Shown here piece by piece: positions 37,401 through 46,042 of a DNA stretch of 64,000 nucleotides. Location of the stretch: IMG/VR virus record IMGVR_UViG_3300042449_000787. The stretch is one strand, 5' to 3'. A program made the position numbers and the translations under genes. Position 1 is the first letter of the stretch. Each line of letters starts with the position of its first letter. The DNA comes from an uncultured virus (IMG/VR IMGVR_UViG_3300042449_000787). Lineage: Duplodnaviria; Heunggongvirae; Uroviricota; Caudoviricetes. Under the pieces are notes generated by a model that was not told the DNA's origin, did not search any database, and saw only the letters and a list, made by a program, of their open reading frames with translations.

Positions 37401-39227
37401 TATAAAGACAAAAAAAAGGAAAAGTATTATAGAGAAATTTTCAAAAGAGTTTTAGGGGGTGAGTTTGATAAAAAAACAAAATCAAACTTAAATCGACATG
37501 GATTTAATGTAAAAATCGAAGAGGTTTCTGCAACCGAAAACGGAAAAAACAAATTGCTATATGGAGCAAATATCTTTTTTAAAGACGATTTAGTAAGGTT
37601 TTTTCCAGCAGTTAGTGGTGATAGAAAAAAAATAGAAGATAGCATAGAATCTTGGTTTAAAAGTTTAAAATCTTGGGAAAAAAATAATCCTCAATCAAGA
37701 AAAAGCGGAGACTTTGTTGTTTTTTACAATCAGAGAGGTGATGAGGCTAAAATGACTTTTGACAACAAAAAAGATGCCTATGATTTTTACGATGCTTTGA
37801 AAAAGGTAGAAGCTGATAACATTATTGTTTCAGAAGCACCTATTGCAAAAATGATTCCTAATCTTAAAAAATATTACGTTTCTCACGACAATATTGAGAG
37901 CGTTACATTAAAAAAAGGAGGTAAAGAGGTAACTTACGATGCAAAAGATGTTTTGAACGGTGCTAATATGCTTGAAAAAGGAGGTCGAGTAGAAAAGATA
38001 GCAAACTATATTTCTAAAAACAATGTAGTTCATGTTGAATTAAAAGACGGAACACACATTAAGCCTTCTAATGGATATTGGATTAAGAAAGGGGCTACTC
38101 CAATTAATAAAATGGATGAAGGCGGAAACTTAGATAAAGTTAAATGGCAAGATGCAGAAATAGGAGATAGCGCAAGGGTTAAAGATGTGAATAGAATGGG
38201 GCTTATAATTAAAAATTATGGTAGAAAATTTCATTTAATGTTTCCTAACGGAACAGAAAAAACTTTTGACGCTTCTGATTTAGAGTTTTTCAAATTAGAA
38301 AAAGATGAATATGAAATGGACGATGATTATAATTACAAAAAAGGCGGAAAAGTAGAAGAAGCAACTATCAATAAAGATGGTATTCGAGTACGTTCTGTTT
38401 CACAACCTAAAAAGAAGCTTACAGAAGCTGAATGGTTGGCTAAATATAGCGAATCTAAAGAAGCTAGAAGCTACAAGTCAGGTGGTGATTTAAGCAAGTA
38501 CAGCGAGTTTATACAAGACGAGTTTGCTTCATCAAAAAGATTGGCTAATAAGTTTGCTAAAAAATACAATTTACCGTTCTTAGTTTTGGTTGAAAAAGAT
38601 AATGATGATGAAATTTATGTAAAAGAAGCAAACGGATTTTACGCATTTCCAAAATCATATATCGATGCTCACGATGTGCTTTATGTAACTGCGGATAAAA
38701 TGGCTGAAGGTGGAGTAACCTTTGATGAAAAATCAAGCTCAATAGCCAAGAAATTTGTAGGCAAAGCTGTCGAACCTAAATACCAAAAAGAATACGGAAA
38801 AGTTTACTCTAAAGAGGAGGCTAATGAAGTAGGAGACAAGATTGCAGGTAGTATGGTAGCAAAAGAGAAAATGAAAAAAGGTGGTGATTTTCCAGATTAC
38901 GGAGAAACAGTAGATGCAAAAGACATTGATTACGATATGAAAAGTTATTTTAATAGGACTAATAAAAAATTAGTGATAACTACTAAAGATAACAAGAAAT
39001 CGAATGGTTCAGTTACCAAATTCTACAATGATTTAATATTTGTGACAAAAGAAAAACACGATATTCCATTAAAAGATATTCGAAATGTAAAAATTTTGGA
39101 AGAAAAAATGGCTAAAGGTGGTGTGACTAATAGAGGTGGTATTATGCTATTAGCTAAACAGATACGAAAAGAAAACGAAAGTTGGAAAGACGCATTAAAG
39201 AGAGCTGGAGAGCAATTGAGAAAGTAG
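31500..39227 (+). CDS. giant modular protein (2575 aa) with >25 [FYML]xxGG motifs and internal duplications; candidate virion polyprotein
   Basis: YAKGG, FADGG, YAYGG, YANGG, MAKGG, YADGG, FATGG, MAYGG, YAEGG, FKKGG, MAEGG etc. Confidence 0.8.
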   Translation: MTIKQKFERIDQSKLEPNQVNALKIVVDFTENFKTKDKEKIKITNDKLDTIIGKLQEKNPDALKPIPTAKKSVGAKKTTSVKTPKRNVFSVAKEIKKAGETFEQAKVRASKMMKQEKEEANKIVKTEMQKLQEYIKEHKELQGISGTDLGRDAVRVAKVGGVRTVTRSGSTTNQYGTFDNKLGRRYSENRENRKDRLAPNYPKYAPLLENGGVVRTFDDVFGKTKIFKEEKVGKFTIGISSGFRDNRHVYIYEGGLGEYNGKSLPKNFRQSPQLSISEANDYYSHLKKKNEKMELGGTFAPNVSNGTQFMGSVYAKGGDLKGFSDNQLMIMNQNNQLEYYQEELEDILEDKTEVPAWVVAEMATATQNISDVTHYLDGEKEILEEEQENLMEQEDEDEVIVNNIPLPSAKKTELTKKFTEDALVNLKGFLKGKEGVELEDDYTFIYNGEKYEIEPIIDSDDDGVLNALFTVYNKDDEEVGEITYMRGSGKQKFNAKSNFFKWSNTKFADGGAIKNQYESRTIENIWNNWTLSQKLHFLSDHSEEVYGSPSVKGQVNNKINEFFGKLIYQKYDDLPLNTKVALIMHTTRGQYAYGGGMEGNNIDAELEDFDIDELDDFETMQYNQFLPSSGKVGALQILINNVEGDYSQLSEELAELAEKQMSSEEYDEATRDMRFERDGYANGGMMAKGGAFKPYGKTKGRYTINYIADSKKQSEIWETKEMAVTNAKRYTKIDEYSDVMVFDDKGTKIDFLYGGSYADGGELKGKFLAEIGVPYNYEKVVEDKFGFTEFLSKTLTKKWFGNGVWRVTMVKPLFEKNYGQKIVVEIDIPLGVTQGGGLDKFDVLEFMSKTLTKKWFGNGVWSVEVVNSYADGGELNGQETINLKSYNIHGQLLDSGKIVVDYDDSTIQFPSGKTLKVVPDREFTYRFQKTQIKASQGIRGLVEFLKEINNEKSPFNPSVTSLFIDFGKDGKYANGGSLPFMTDPTFGNFQNQVYAKGGIIVTKIKDIPNLKDKVEKGQVTYRGLGLGKLADDFYKLAGQNGTRIKVDGQEYFITDDDFKELDWDFKNEKWMNKVRFSASARKYDIGGVVVEDLAGHTGGSFSTNTPTLLSGVSDTNYGGLTGETGAMSAGEMFATGGSLEEFSDNQLMIMNQNVELEHHQEELEDILEDKTEIPAWVVAKMATATQSISDVTNYLDGEKEILEEDDEIVNETTLTLAKKNELTNKFTEDALVNFKGFLKGMEDIDLRDDYSFDYRGQRFEIYPIVNADENGVFDAMFSIFNVDGEKVGDVSYSIYGGKQKFTANSEFFGWNNTKFAYGGKTKIGQSMKELYIGQIASLTGTRTVGIEKFLDDNKLTESELSNLMTGIGRGMVKRNDFVTALVGEKGNPIQKEIIAFAKSDKAYKMAYGGVVVEDLAGHTGGSFSTNTPTLLSGVSDTNYGGLTGETGAMSAGEMFEMGGGLPSGAEQRYVDYYLNPSPILAEGGKVDSFIPNVGTIDNYMLKSLLIRNPKVKLALGDKEFEFLKNKNTDCIGVSSKPYNVIVTDGKEEFELDMKKWSLTKPLTEARTKIKSHYSANYAEGGSLEAHGIEEGDTFIKTIAGSIQKVKDVDGKIVFINLSTGERDSQPPLPFKKGGNVDGKWVNHSQDYEVRYAKGKNRHGYGHIKYLGGGVVDGALNKKVYDLASKSGFLISDWSTSEYNLILAQALVESLTDANFHSEAKEVVAKLEKKPWSDEMYETVYYDPDKDVVEFSITVARICDYGGDDIVNAYYYLAKMQGSSVGNLIDDLFLSKSKTTGYKIKPSTVSFSIFEKIINESKSEEDAFNKAREVKGIPLEVSKSFMNKYDPNRELTPRQSFSKFYKEVKANASKPSTVSFKPTVEFNVGDVVWNKEDKRYGVVMDNYDNKTDGNRGEIRLDSTGNTYIFEYDKKSNRNGYNLVKFGSSEDDGDGDVQDIKDSANRLIKSQIEYKDKKKEKYYREIFKRVLGGEFDKKTKSNLNRHGFNVKIEEVSATENGKNKLLYGANIFFKDDLVRFFPAVSGDRKKIEDSIESWFKSLKSWEKNNPQSRKSGDFVVFYNQRGDEAKMTFDNKKDAYDFYDALKKVEADNIIVSEAPIAKMIPNLKKYYVSHDNIESVTLKKGGKEVTYDAKDVLNGANMLEKGGRVEKIANYISKNNVVHVELKDGTHIKPSNGYWIKKGATPINKMDEGGNLDKVKWQDAEIGDSARVKDVNRMGLIIKNYGRKFHLMFPNGTEKTFDASDLEFFKLEKDEYEMDDDYNYKKGGKVEEATINKDGIRVRSVSQPKKKLTEAEWLAKYSESKEARSYKSGGDLSKYSEFIQDEFASSKRLANKFAKKYNLPFLVLVEKDNDDEIYVKEANGFYAFPKSYIDAHDVLYVTADKMAEGGVTFDEKSSSIAKKFVGKAVEPKYQKEYGKVYSKEEANEVGDKIAGSMVAKEKMKKGGDFPDYGETVDAKDIDYDMKSYFNRTNKKLVITTKDNKKSNGSVTKFYNDLIFVTKEKHDIPLKDIRNVKILEEKMAKGGVTNRGGIMLLAKQIRKENESWKDALKRAGEQLRK
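34755..35865 (+). repeat. 145-bp direct repeat (34755-34899 / 35721-35865, 2 mismatches)
   Basis: Encodes GGVVVEDLAGHTGG...AGEMF twice. Confidence 0.9.
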
Positions 39228-39248
39228 TTTTCACGATGTAATCTCAAT

Positions 39249-39284
39249 AAAAAAAGGGCGGTATTAATTTACCACCCTTTTTTT
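39249..39284 (+). terminator. intrinsic terminator
   Basis: GGGCGGTA/TACCACCC stem with A- and T-tracts. Confidence 0.75.
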
Positions 39285-39344
39285 ATACATATAAAATAAA
39301 ATAATAAAAACCTAATCTAAATGCCTTGATATTTAATAAATTAT

Positions 39345-39352
39345 TATATTTG
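39345..39352 (+). promoter_or_regulatory. -7 promoter element TATATTTG
   Basis: Consensus match ahead of 39385. Confidence 0.6.
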
Positions 39353-39384
39353 CTAATTATATAAACTTTAAAAATAAAATTACT

Positions 39385-39909
39385 ATGGAAAAAATTAATG
39401 AATTACTAGGAAAATTAGAAAACAGAGTTACTCCTGCAATTGCAAAAAGATTGAAAGGATATGAGGGGTTGAATCAAAAGGTTGCTTTAGCCGAAGCAGA
39501 ACATTTAGAAAATCCAACTGACGAGTCAGAGGAATCATTAAACGATATTAAAGAATACGTTTCTGAAGTGTTAGATGATTTGATTGAAGATTTGGAAAAT
39601 TTAGTAGAGGTTAAAAATAAAAAATCAGAGGAAAAAGCTGAACAACAAAAAGCTGAACAACAAAAAGCTGAACAACAAAAAGCTGAACAACAAAAAGCTG
39701 AAGCAGAAAAAGCTGAAGCAGAAAAAGCTAAAGAGGAAAAAGCTCCCGTATCAGTAGAGCCGATAAAAGTAGTAGAAAAAGCAGAAGAGACCAAAACAGA
39801 AATTGTTAAGGAAAAGAAAAGTGGTCTTGGCGTGGTTGGACTAGTAATAGGTGTCGCTTTACTTATTGGTTCTGTCGGAGCATTTAATATAATGAAAACT
39901 AATAGATAG
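39385..39909 (+). CDS. C-terminally anchored membrane protein with KAEQQ repeats
   Basis: 15-bp tandem repeat 39634-39729; C-terminal TM helix. Confidence 0.75.
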   Translation: MEKINELLGKLENRVTPAIAKRLKGYEGLNQKVALAEAEHLENPTDESEESLNDIKEYVSEVLDDLIEDLENLVEVKNKKSEEKAEQQKAEQQKAEQQKAEQQKAEAEKAEAEKAKEEKAPVSVEPIKVVEKAEETKTEIVKEKKSGLGVVGLVIGVALLIGSVGAFNIMKTNR

Positions 39910-40076
39910 TGGATACTAAAAAGAAAATAATTTTAGGTGTTGTTTTTGTCGTAGTCGCAATAGGCGGATTTGCGCTTACTAAATACCTTACAAGGAATAC
40001 AAAGCGTTATAAATATAATACAATAATACTACCAAAGGAAGACATTAAACCAATGTCATCCGAAGATGTACAATAA
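39909..40076 (+). CDS. 55-aa N-terminal TM protein
   Basis: GTG start, KKKIILGVVFVVVAIGGFAL; read manually. Confidence 0.55.
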   Translation: MDTKKKIILGVVFVVVAIGGFALTKYLTRNTKRYKYNTIILPKEDIKPMSSEDVQ

Positions 40077-40081
40077 AAAAT

Positions 40082-40795
40082 ATGGAAAAATTTACAAAAT
40101 TAGACGATTTTAATATTTCTGATTTACCGTATAGATTTGTATTTGGTAAAGAAGACTACTCTTTACCTAATGTTAAACAAGCTAACGTAAAAACTCTTAT
40201 TGATATAAAGACTAATTATGGAAAATCCATAGAAAAGTGGTCTAATGTATTTGAGTTAGGTATTCCGATGTTATCTTCTTTTATAGCAGTGGAAAGCTCT
40301 GGTAAAATGGTAGGCAAAAATCAAGCAGGTGCAATAGGATTAACACAAGTTACTTCGGTATTAATTAGGGAATCTATTTCTAAATTTAAAATAATTACAA
40401 ACGTAAATCTACCTCAGATAGCGGAGTCGTCAATAAAACTAAAAGCACCTTTTTTATTATCCCTTACCCCAAATAACCAAAGTCTGTCTGCCTCAGAAAC
40501 TTCTAAATTAGAGGCTCTATTAAAATCAGATAGTGATTTTAATATTCTCATGGGTGCGTTAGGTTTAAGATGGGGGTTAGAAATTACAAAAGCATTAGGG
40601 AAGACTTATTTGCAAAAAGGAATAATTGCTTATAACCAAAGCGCTTATGGTGATATTTCTAGGTATAAAAATAAATATGTAAAAACAATAACCTTGTTTA
40701 AAGATAGAGGAATACCTAAAGAAACTAGAAATTATCTAGTTAAAATTTTAGGCATAGACGGATTCTTAGAGCTATATGCAAAGGAAAATATATAA
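40082..40795 (+). CDS. lytic transglycosylase (SLT-like)
   Basis: AVESSG, GAIGLTQV, AYNQ, ETRNYL. Confidence 0.85.
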   Translation: MEKFTKLDDFNISDLPYRFVFGKEDYSLPNVKQANVKTLIDIKTNYGKSIEKWSNVFELGIPMLSSFIAVESSGKMVGKNQAGAIGLTQVTSVLIRESISKFKIITNVNLPQIAESSIKLKAPFLLSLTPNNQSLSASETSKLEALLKSDSDFNILMGALGLRWGLEITKALGKTYLQKGIIAYNQSAYGDISRYKNKYVKTITLFKDRGIPKETRNYLVKILGIDGFLELYAKENI

Positions 40796-40801
40796 AAAAA
40801 A

Positions 40802-43141
40802 ATGGTTCAATTTCTGATTGTAAGTGGAAGCTTAAAAATAATTGACGGTACTAAAACTGTTGTTTTTATCGCCAAAAAGGATGTGTTTGCTATTAGCCAA
40901 TCTCTTTATCAAGAAGTTCCAATTGCTGAAATTTACAACTTAAATATAGGCTATTTAGGATTAGTTTTCACTAGAAAGCTATCTGAATGTTTAGACCCAA
41001 ATGGAGATGTTTTTACGGTAGATTCTTTTATAGTATTCGTAGAGACTTATCTGGGTTTTAATTCGGGCGGAATCCCTCAAACTATAAATCTTCAAGAAGT
41101 AACGGATAACGGTAATACTACTACTAATTCAATAGAAGCAAACTCATTTATAAAAACTGGCGGTACTTCTTCTGAGATATTAATGGCAGACGGCTCTATT
41201 GTTACTGCTGGTGCAAATATTAGTATAAGTGGAGGTTTAATATCATCAAGTGGTGGAGGAGGTGCAGGAGGTAGTTCAGTTAATTTTTACTTGAACGGAA
41301 GTGTACCAAGTAGCGTAGCTACTTATTACCAAATAAGCACAACTCCAATTTTGGGAGCAGGAACAAATTTCACTAAAACGGGTAATGGGCTAATTGCCCA
41401 ATTTTTAACGGATATTGGGAGTCCAAATAGATTAGATATTCCATCAGGAGCTTGGAACTTTGAAATGTTTTTCAATATGTCATCAAATGGAGGTACTCCT
41501 AAATTTTATATAGATTTGTTGACGTATGACGGAAGTACATTTACAACAATATCTAGTGGTATTTTAAATCCAGAATTTATAAGTGGAGGAACGACAGTTG
41601 ATTTATATTTAACTTCATTAGCAGTGCCACAAACAACTATATCAGCAACCGATAGATTTGCAGTTAGGGTATATATAGTTAATAATTCAGGCGAAAGAAC
41701 AGCTACACTGCATACTGAGAACGGCAATCTTTGTGAAATCATTACTACTTTATCTTATGGGATAACTTCTTTAAATGGTCTAACTGTCAATTCGCAGAAT
41801 TTTGTCACTAGTACAAGCGGAACTGATTTTAATATAGTTTCAAGTGGAAATACGCATAAATTTGATATGCCTAGTGCAAGCACATCAGCAAGAGGACTTG
41901 TTACGGTAAATAACCAATCATTTTCAGGACTAAAAACCTTTACGGATAATATTATAGTAAATACAATTAGAGTATGGAGAGGTGATAATAATTCTGCCAC
42001 TAATATAGGAATTGGTTTAGATACATTAATTGGTAGTACGGGAAATCAAAATACAGCTATTGGTTATCAAGCATCATCTTCTTTACTATCAGCTAGTAGT
42101 TTTGCTACAGCACTTGGCTATCAAGCCCTAAAAAACATTTTAGGAAATAACAATACTGGAATTGGACATAGCGCAGGCTCATTAATTACTAATGGTTTTC
42201 AGAATACATTTATTGGGGCGCTATCAGGCGCTGTTATTGGGCAATTAATATCTGCTCAAAATAGTACTGCCATAGGTTATAATGCGTTTACAACTAAAAA
42301 TAATCAAGTTGTTTTAGGTAATGCACTTGTCACTGAAACTGTATTGCGTGGAAAAATTGATTTAGATAGTGTACCAACAACAAGTGCAGGAACGTATGAT
42401 ATTTTAACAAGAAATATATCTACTGGAATTATTGAAAAAATACTGTCAAGTAGTTTACAAATAACATTATCTGCTATTGGTTCAAATCCTAATGAAAATG
42501 GGTCTACAATAACTGGTACGGTATTAAATTTACAACCCGCAAATGCTTCATTTGGAGGTGTAATCACAACGGGTACACAAACTATTGCAGGAGCAAAAAC
42601 ATTATCTACTGCACCGAAGCTAAGTTCATTGACTGCTTCTGAAATATTGGCTTTGGACGCTAGTAATAACATTCAATCTTTGGCAGTAGCTACATATCCA
42701 AATTTAACTGAATTAAGTTATGTGAAAGGAGTTACAAGTGCTGTTCAGACACAAATTGATGGGAAATTAACATCTCCAACTTTCATAGATTATTCTGCAA
42801 CATCTACAGTAGTAGGTTGGACAACATTCACACAAAAAACAATAAGATATTCGGTAATTGGAAAATTATTGATTGTAGAATACTTTATTAGTGGTATATC
42901 TAATGCTACAACAACATCTTTCACATTACCACTAGCTTCTGCTACTGTAAGTGGTATGATTTGGGCAAATAACAATCAAACACAAAATAATGCAGTCAGT
43001 TATATGGGTTATTCAAATGTTCTTTCAAATAGTTCAACTGCTACATTTGGTTATTATCCAACTGGCTCAACTATTACTGCAACTTGGACTGCAGGTGGAA
43101 CAAAGACTATAAGGGGCTTATTAACAATAGAAATAGCATAA
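40802..43141 (+). CDS. fibre/spike (receptor-binding-like) protein
   Basis: G/S/T-rich, LQEVTDNGNTT, repeated NTAIG/NTGIG units. Confidence 0.7.
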   Translation: MVQFLIVSGSLKIIDGTKTVVFIAKKDVFAISQSLYQEVPIAEIYNLNIGYLGLVFTRKLSECLDPNGDVFTVDSFIVFVETYLGFNSGGIPQTINLQEVTDNGNTTTNSIEANSFIKTGGTSSEILMADGSIVTAGANISISGGLISSSGGGGAGGSSVNFYLNGSVPSSVATYYQISTTPILGAGTNFTKTGNGLIAQFLTDIGSPNRLDIPSGAWNFEMFFNMSSNGGTPKFYIDLLTYDGSTFTTISSGILNPEFISGGTTVDLYLTSLAVPQTTISATDRFAVRVYIVNNSGERTATLHTENGNLCEIITTLSYGITSLNGLTVNSQNFVTSTSGTDFNIVSSGNTHKFDMPSASTSARGLVTVNNQSFSGLKTFTDNIIVNTIRVWRGDNNSATNIGIGLDTLIGSTGNQNTAIGYQASSSLLSASSFATALGYQALKNILGNNNTGIGHSAGSLITNGFQNTFIGALSGAVIGQLISAQNSTAIGYNAFTTKNNQVVLGNALVTETVLRGKIDLDSVPTTSAGTYDILTRNISTGIIEKILSSSLQITLSAIGSNPNENGSTITGTVLNLQPANASFGGVITTGTQTIAGAKTLSTAPKLSSLTASEILALDASNNIQSLAVATYPNLTELSYVKGVTSAVQTQIDGKLTSPTFIDYSATSTVVGWTTFTQKTIRYSVIGKLLIVEYFISGISNATTTSFTLPLASATVSGMIWANNNQTQNNAVSYMGYSNVLSNSSTATFGYYPTGSTITATWTAGGTKTIRGLLTIEIA

Positions 43142-43143
43142 TT

Positions 43144-43464
43144 ATGAACTACTATAGATATAACGAAAATTTTGAATATATAGGGGTAACAGAAACGGAA
43201 CCTACTGATTCTTTATGGACTAATACCGACTATATTGATTCATTTATTAAACCAATGTTTATTAACGGTTCTTGGATTGAAGGGGCTTCTATTGAAGAGT
43301 TAGCAGAAGCAAAAATCGAAGAAAACAAACAAAAGGATTTTGCTTGTTACAATGAACTTTTGAAAACTGATTGGTATTTTATTAGGAAGCAAGATATTGG
43401 GGCAGAAATTCCTCAATACATAATTGACGAGCGAAATGCAATAAGACAAAAATACGCATACTAA
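43144..43464 (+). CDS. fibre-associated chaperone-like protein
   Basis: LLKTDWY..R..IR motif after the fibre gene; ATG 43144. Confidence 0.55.
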   Translation: MNYYRYNENFEYIGVTETEPTDSLWTNTDYIDSFIKPMFINGSWIEGASIEELAEAKIEENKQKDFACYNELLKTDWYFIRKQDIGAEIPQYIIDERNAIRQKYAY

Positions 43465-43517
43465 TTTAGATAAAATAAATAATAAACAGGTATAATACCT
43501 TAATGGCAGAATAAAAA

Positions 43518-43811
43518 ATGGCTTATAAAATATTACCATATTCCTTTCTACAAGCAATAAAGCTTAATGTAACAATTAAGCCTTCAACTAATATTTTTAA
43601 AAAAATTGATGTTTTCAAGAAGGGTAATAAAGTCGCTAGTATAGGTGCAAGGGGAATGAATGATTACCCTACTTACATGGAAAAAGAAAAAAAAGGATAC
43701 TACGAAAAGGGGTATGCAAGTAAAAGACGAAAATTGTATAAAGAAAGACACGAGAAAGACCGACACGTTATTGGAAGTGCTGGATATTATGCAGATAAAA
43801 TATTATGGTAA
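43518..43811 (+). CDS. DUF5754-like small basic protein
   Basis: PST..KK.DV...IGA.G..DY..RR..Y..RH...GYYA.KILW. Confidence 0.7.
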   Translation: MAYKILPYSFLQAIKLNVTIKPSTNIFKKIDVFKKGNKVASIGARGMNDYPTYMEKEKKGYYEKGYASKRRKLYKERHEKDRHVIGSAGYYADKILW

Positions 43812-44477
43812 ATGGCAGATTATAAAAACATCGTTAGCTTTATAAAAGCAAGAGAGGGCGGTTTAAGTTCCGCCACAACAGATACGGCAAGTAGAAATTC
43901 TTCTAACTGTGGAAATGGCAGTAATATGAAACCTTATCATACAAACAAAGGAGTTACTTGGACAACTTTTACTTCTTTAGCAAGCAAATTAGGTTACAGT
44001 GCAACTTGCTCTAATTTCATGGCAATGCCAGATAGTATATGGTTGAAAATTTATAGAAGCTCTTATTGGAATCCAATGATGGGAGATAAAATTAAAAATC
44101 AGGCTGTTGCAAATGTTTTTGTGGAAATGGCATGGGGTTCTGGAGTGGGCGGTGCGACAAATGCTTTAAAGAAATTTTTCATTTCTAATTACAATAAAAG
44201 CTTTGTGGATGTTAGTGAAATGGTTAAGTATGTAAATGAGTTAGATTCAGAAGGCAAAAGCTCTGATTTATTTGAAAAATTAAATACTTATAGAAAATCT
44301 TTTTATAAAAGTCTTGGTCAGCCAGCAAATCTTACGGGATGGATAAATAGGTTAAACGCTTTCTATATTGTTAATAAACCTTATGCAATTAGCAAAAAAG
44401 AAAAAAAAATCGGAATTTTGGCAATATTATTAGTTATTATAGGAGGGTTATATTTATATAAAAAATTAAAGAAATAG
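43812..44477 (+). CDS. GH108-like lysozyme with C-terminal TM anchor
   Basis: REGG, TNKGVT, YW, GW.NRL motifs; terminal hydrophobic helix. Confidence 0.75.
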   Translation: MADYKNIVSFIKAREGGLSSATTDTASRNSSNCGNGSNMKPYHTNKGVTWTTFTSLASKLGYSATCSNFMAMPDSIWLKIYRSSYWNPMMGDKIKNQAVANVFVEMAWGSGVGGATNALKKFFISNYNKSFVDVSEMVKYVNELDSEGKSSDLFEKLNTYRKSFYKSLGQPANLTGWINRLNAFYIVNKPYAISKKEKKIGILAILLVIIGGLYLYKKLKK

Positions 44478-44479
44478 TT

Positions 44480-44647
44480 ATGTTAGAAAAAAAACAACAA
44501 CAGGAAAATATCAAAATAGAAGTAGAGTCACAGCTACATAAACATTTATCAACTATATTTGTAGTTGTAGGCATTATGTCATTTAGTTTAGGAATCATTG
44601 TTAATTGGTACACAATAAAGAGATTAAAATCAGGAGGTCAATCGTGA
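44480..44647 (+). CDS. 55-aa TM protein
   Basis: Read manually; IFVVVGIMSFSLGIIVNW. Confidence 0.55.
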   Translation: MLEKKQQQENIKIEVESQLHKHLSTIFVVVGIMSFSLGIIVNWYTIKRLKSGGQS

Positions 44648-45051
44648 AAATAGATGGCAAAATAATTGATTCTAAAGGCGAAGCATTAGCATTAGCTAGC
44701 GTTACTATTCAAGATGGTACTCGTGCTAAAAAACTAGGAGTTTCAGCAGACTTGGACGGTAATTTCACTCTAGAAAATGAAATCATAGAGCCAGATTCTG
44801 TCTTTATGATTAGCTATATAGGGTATGAACCAAAGTTGCTTAAAGCAAGCGAGTTAAATGGTAAAACTGTAAAGTTATTAGAATCATTAGAGGAATTACC
44901 AGAATTAACAATAATTGGCAGACCTAAACCAAATATACCAATAGTGGAAAAAGTAGATTTTAAAAAAAAATCAGTAAAAAACAATCAAGTTTACGCAGGA
45001 TTAGGTGTGTTAGCAGGAATATTGTTAATTATAAAATCAGTAAAAAAATAA
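44644..45051 (+). CDS. carboxypeptidase-regulatory-like (SusC N-terminal-type) domain protein with C-terminal TM
   Basis: GKIIDSKGEAL..ASV..DLDGNF..ISYIGY; GTG start 44644. Confidence 0.75.
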   Translation: MKIDGKIIDSKGEALALASVTIQDGTRAKKLGVSADLDGNFTLENEIIEPDSVFMISYIGYEPKLLKASELNGKTVKLLESLEELPELTIIGRPKPNIPIVEKVDFKKKSVKNNQVYAGLGVLAGILLIIKSVKK

Positions 45052-45060
45052 ATAAATAAA

Positions 45061-45411
45061 ATGGAAGGACAAGCACCAGATTTAATGGTAGAAACAATAG
45101 TTGCACCATCACCAATAGCATTAGCTACAACAGTAGCACCAGTAGCACAAGTGACGACACAAGCCCCACAAAATTATGAGGATGGCGGAGTGTTTGAGGG
45201 AAGGACAAAATCAAAGTGGAAAATGGTTGATATTTTTATTATGTCGCTTTGGATTATAGCACCTATTTACATTATTATGTACAATAGAAAAGCAATCAAA
45301 AAATTAGACGAACAGCCAACTGTCGAAGAGTTTGAAACAATGGTTGGAGATATAGAAGAAGTGAGATATAATCTCAAAAAAGAACTTGGCGATAAATATA
45401 AAAATATATAA
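45061..45411 (+). CDS. TM protein
   Basis: Central hydrophobic helix; contains YEDGG. Confidence 0.65.
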   Translation: MEGQAPDLMVETIVAPSPIALATTVAPVAQVTTQAPQNYEDGGVFEGRTKSKWKMVDIFIMSLWIIAPIYIIMYNRKAIKKLDEQPTVEEFETMVGDIEEVRYNLKKELGDKYKNI

Positions 45412-45414
45412 ATT

Positions 45415-46020
45415 GTGAGTAAAATAGCAGTAGATAACGAAAGCATATTTAGTGGAGGTATTGGCGTTCAACTGAATAAAATATTATTAGATTATAATAA
45501 AATTACAGAACAAGATTTAATACAGTTAGAAAAAATTAAAAAACAAAAAATTATTTTAACAAAGGATTTTGTAAATTATAAAGTAGGAGATATTTTGGAA
45601 GTTAAATTCTTTCCTAATTTATTAAGGAGCGAACCGCCAAGTTTTTTAGTGATAGATGAAAAATTAGGTTCTCCTAAATATGGATTTGGAGGTAGAGGTT
45701 CTACTCCTTTTTATGAGATTTATAAAGAAAAAGAAAAAGAAAAAATAGCAGATGTAAATTCAAGTCCACAACCAAAGGTGATGCCACAACCAAAGGTGAT
45801 ACCACTGATGTGGCTACCAGCACCAATAACTGAAGCAGTAAAGCAACAAAATTTAAAAATGCGAGATACTTTAACCGCAGAAGATAAGTTTTACGAAAAA
45901 TTAGGTATAAAATACCATAATACGCACATGTTTGGTCGCCCTTCAAGAAGAAAAGGCAGACTTTTGGTAGCACTAGCTTTAGTAGCAGGATATTTCGCAT
46001 ACAAAAAATTTAAAAAATAA
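45415..46020 (+). CDS. C-terminally anchored protein (GYFAYKKFK)
   Basis: C-terminal TM + basic tail. Confidence 0.7.
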   Translation: MSKIAVDNESIFSGGIGVQLNKILLDYNKITEQDLIQLEKIKKQKIILTKDFVNYKVGDILEVKFFPNLLRSEPPSFLVIDEKLGSPKYGFGGRGSTPFYEIYKEKEKEKIADVNSSPQPKVMPQPKVIPLMWLPAPITEAVKQQNLKMRDTLTAEDKFYEKLGIKYHNTHMFGRPSRRKGRLLVALALVAGYFAYKKFKK

Positions 46021-46042
46021 AAAAAATTTAAAAATTAAGATT

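Noticed and set aside
31500..39227. Tape-measure protein or virion RNA polymerase call
   Set aside because: It lacks regular helical TMP repeats and DxDGD-type RNAP motifs; it is a mosaic of short modules.
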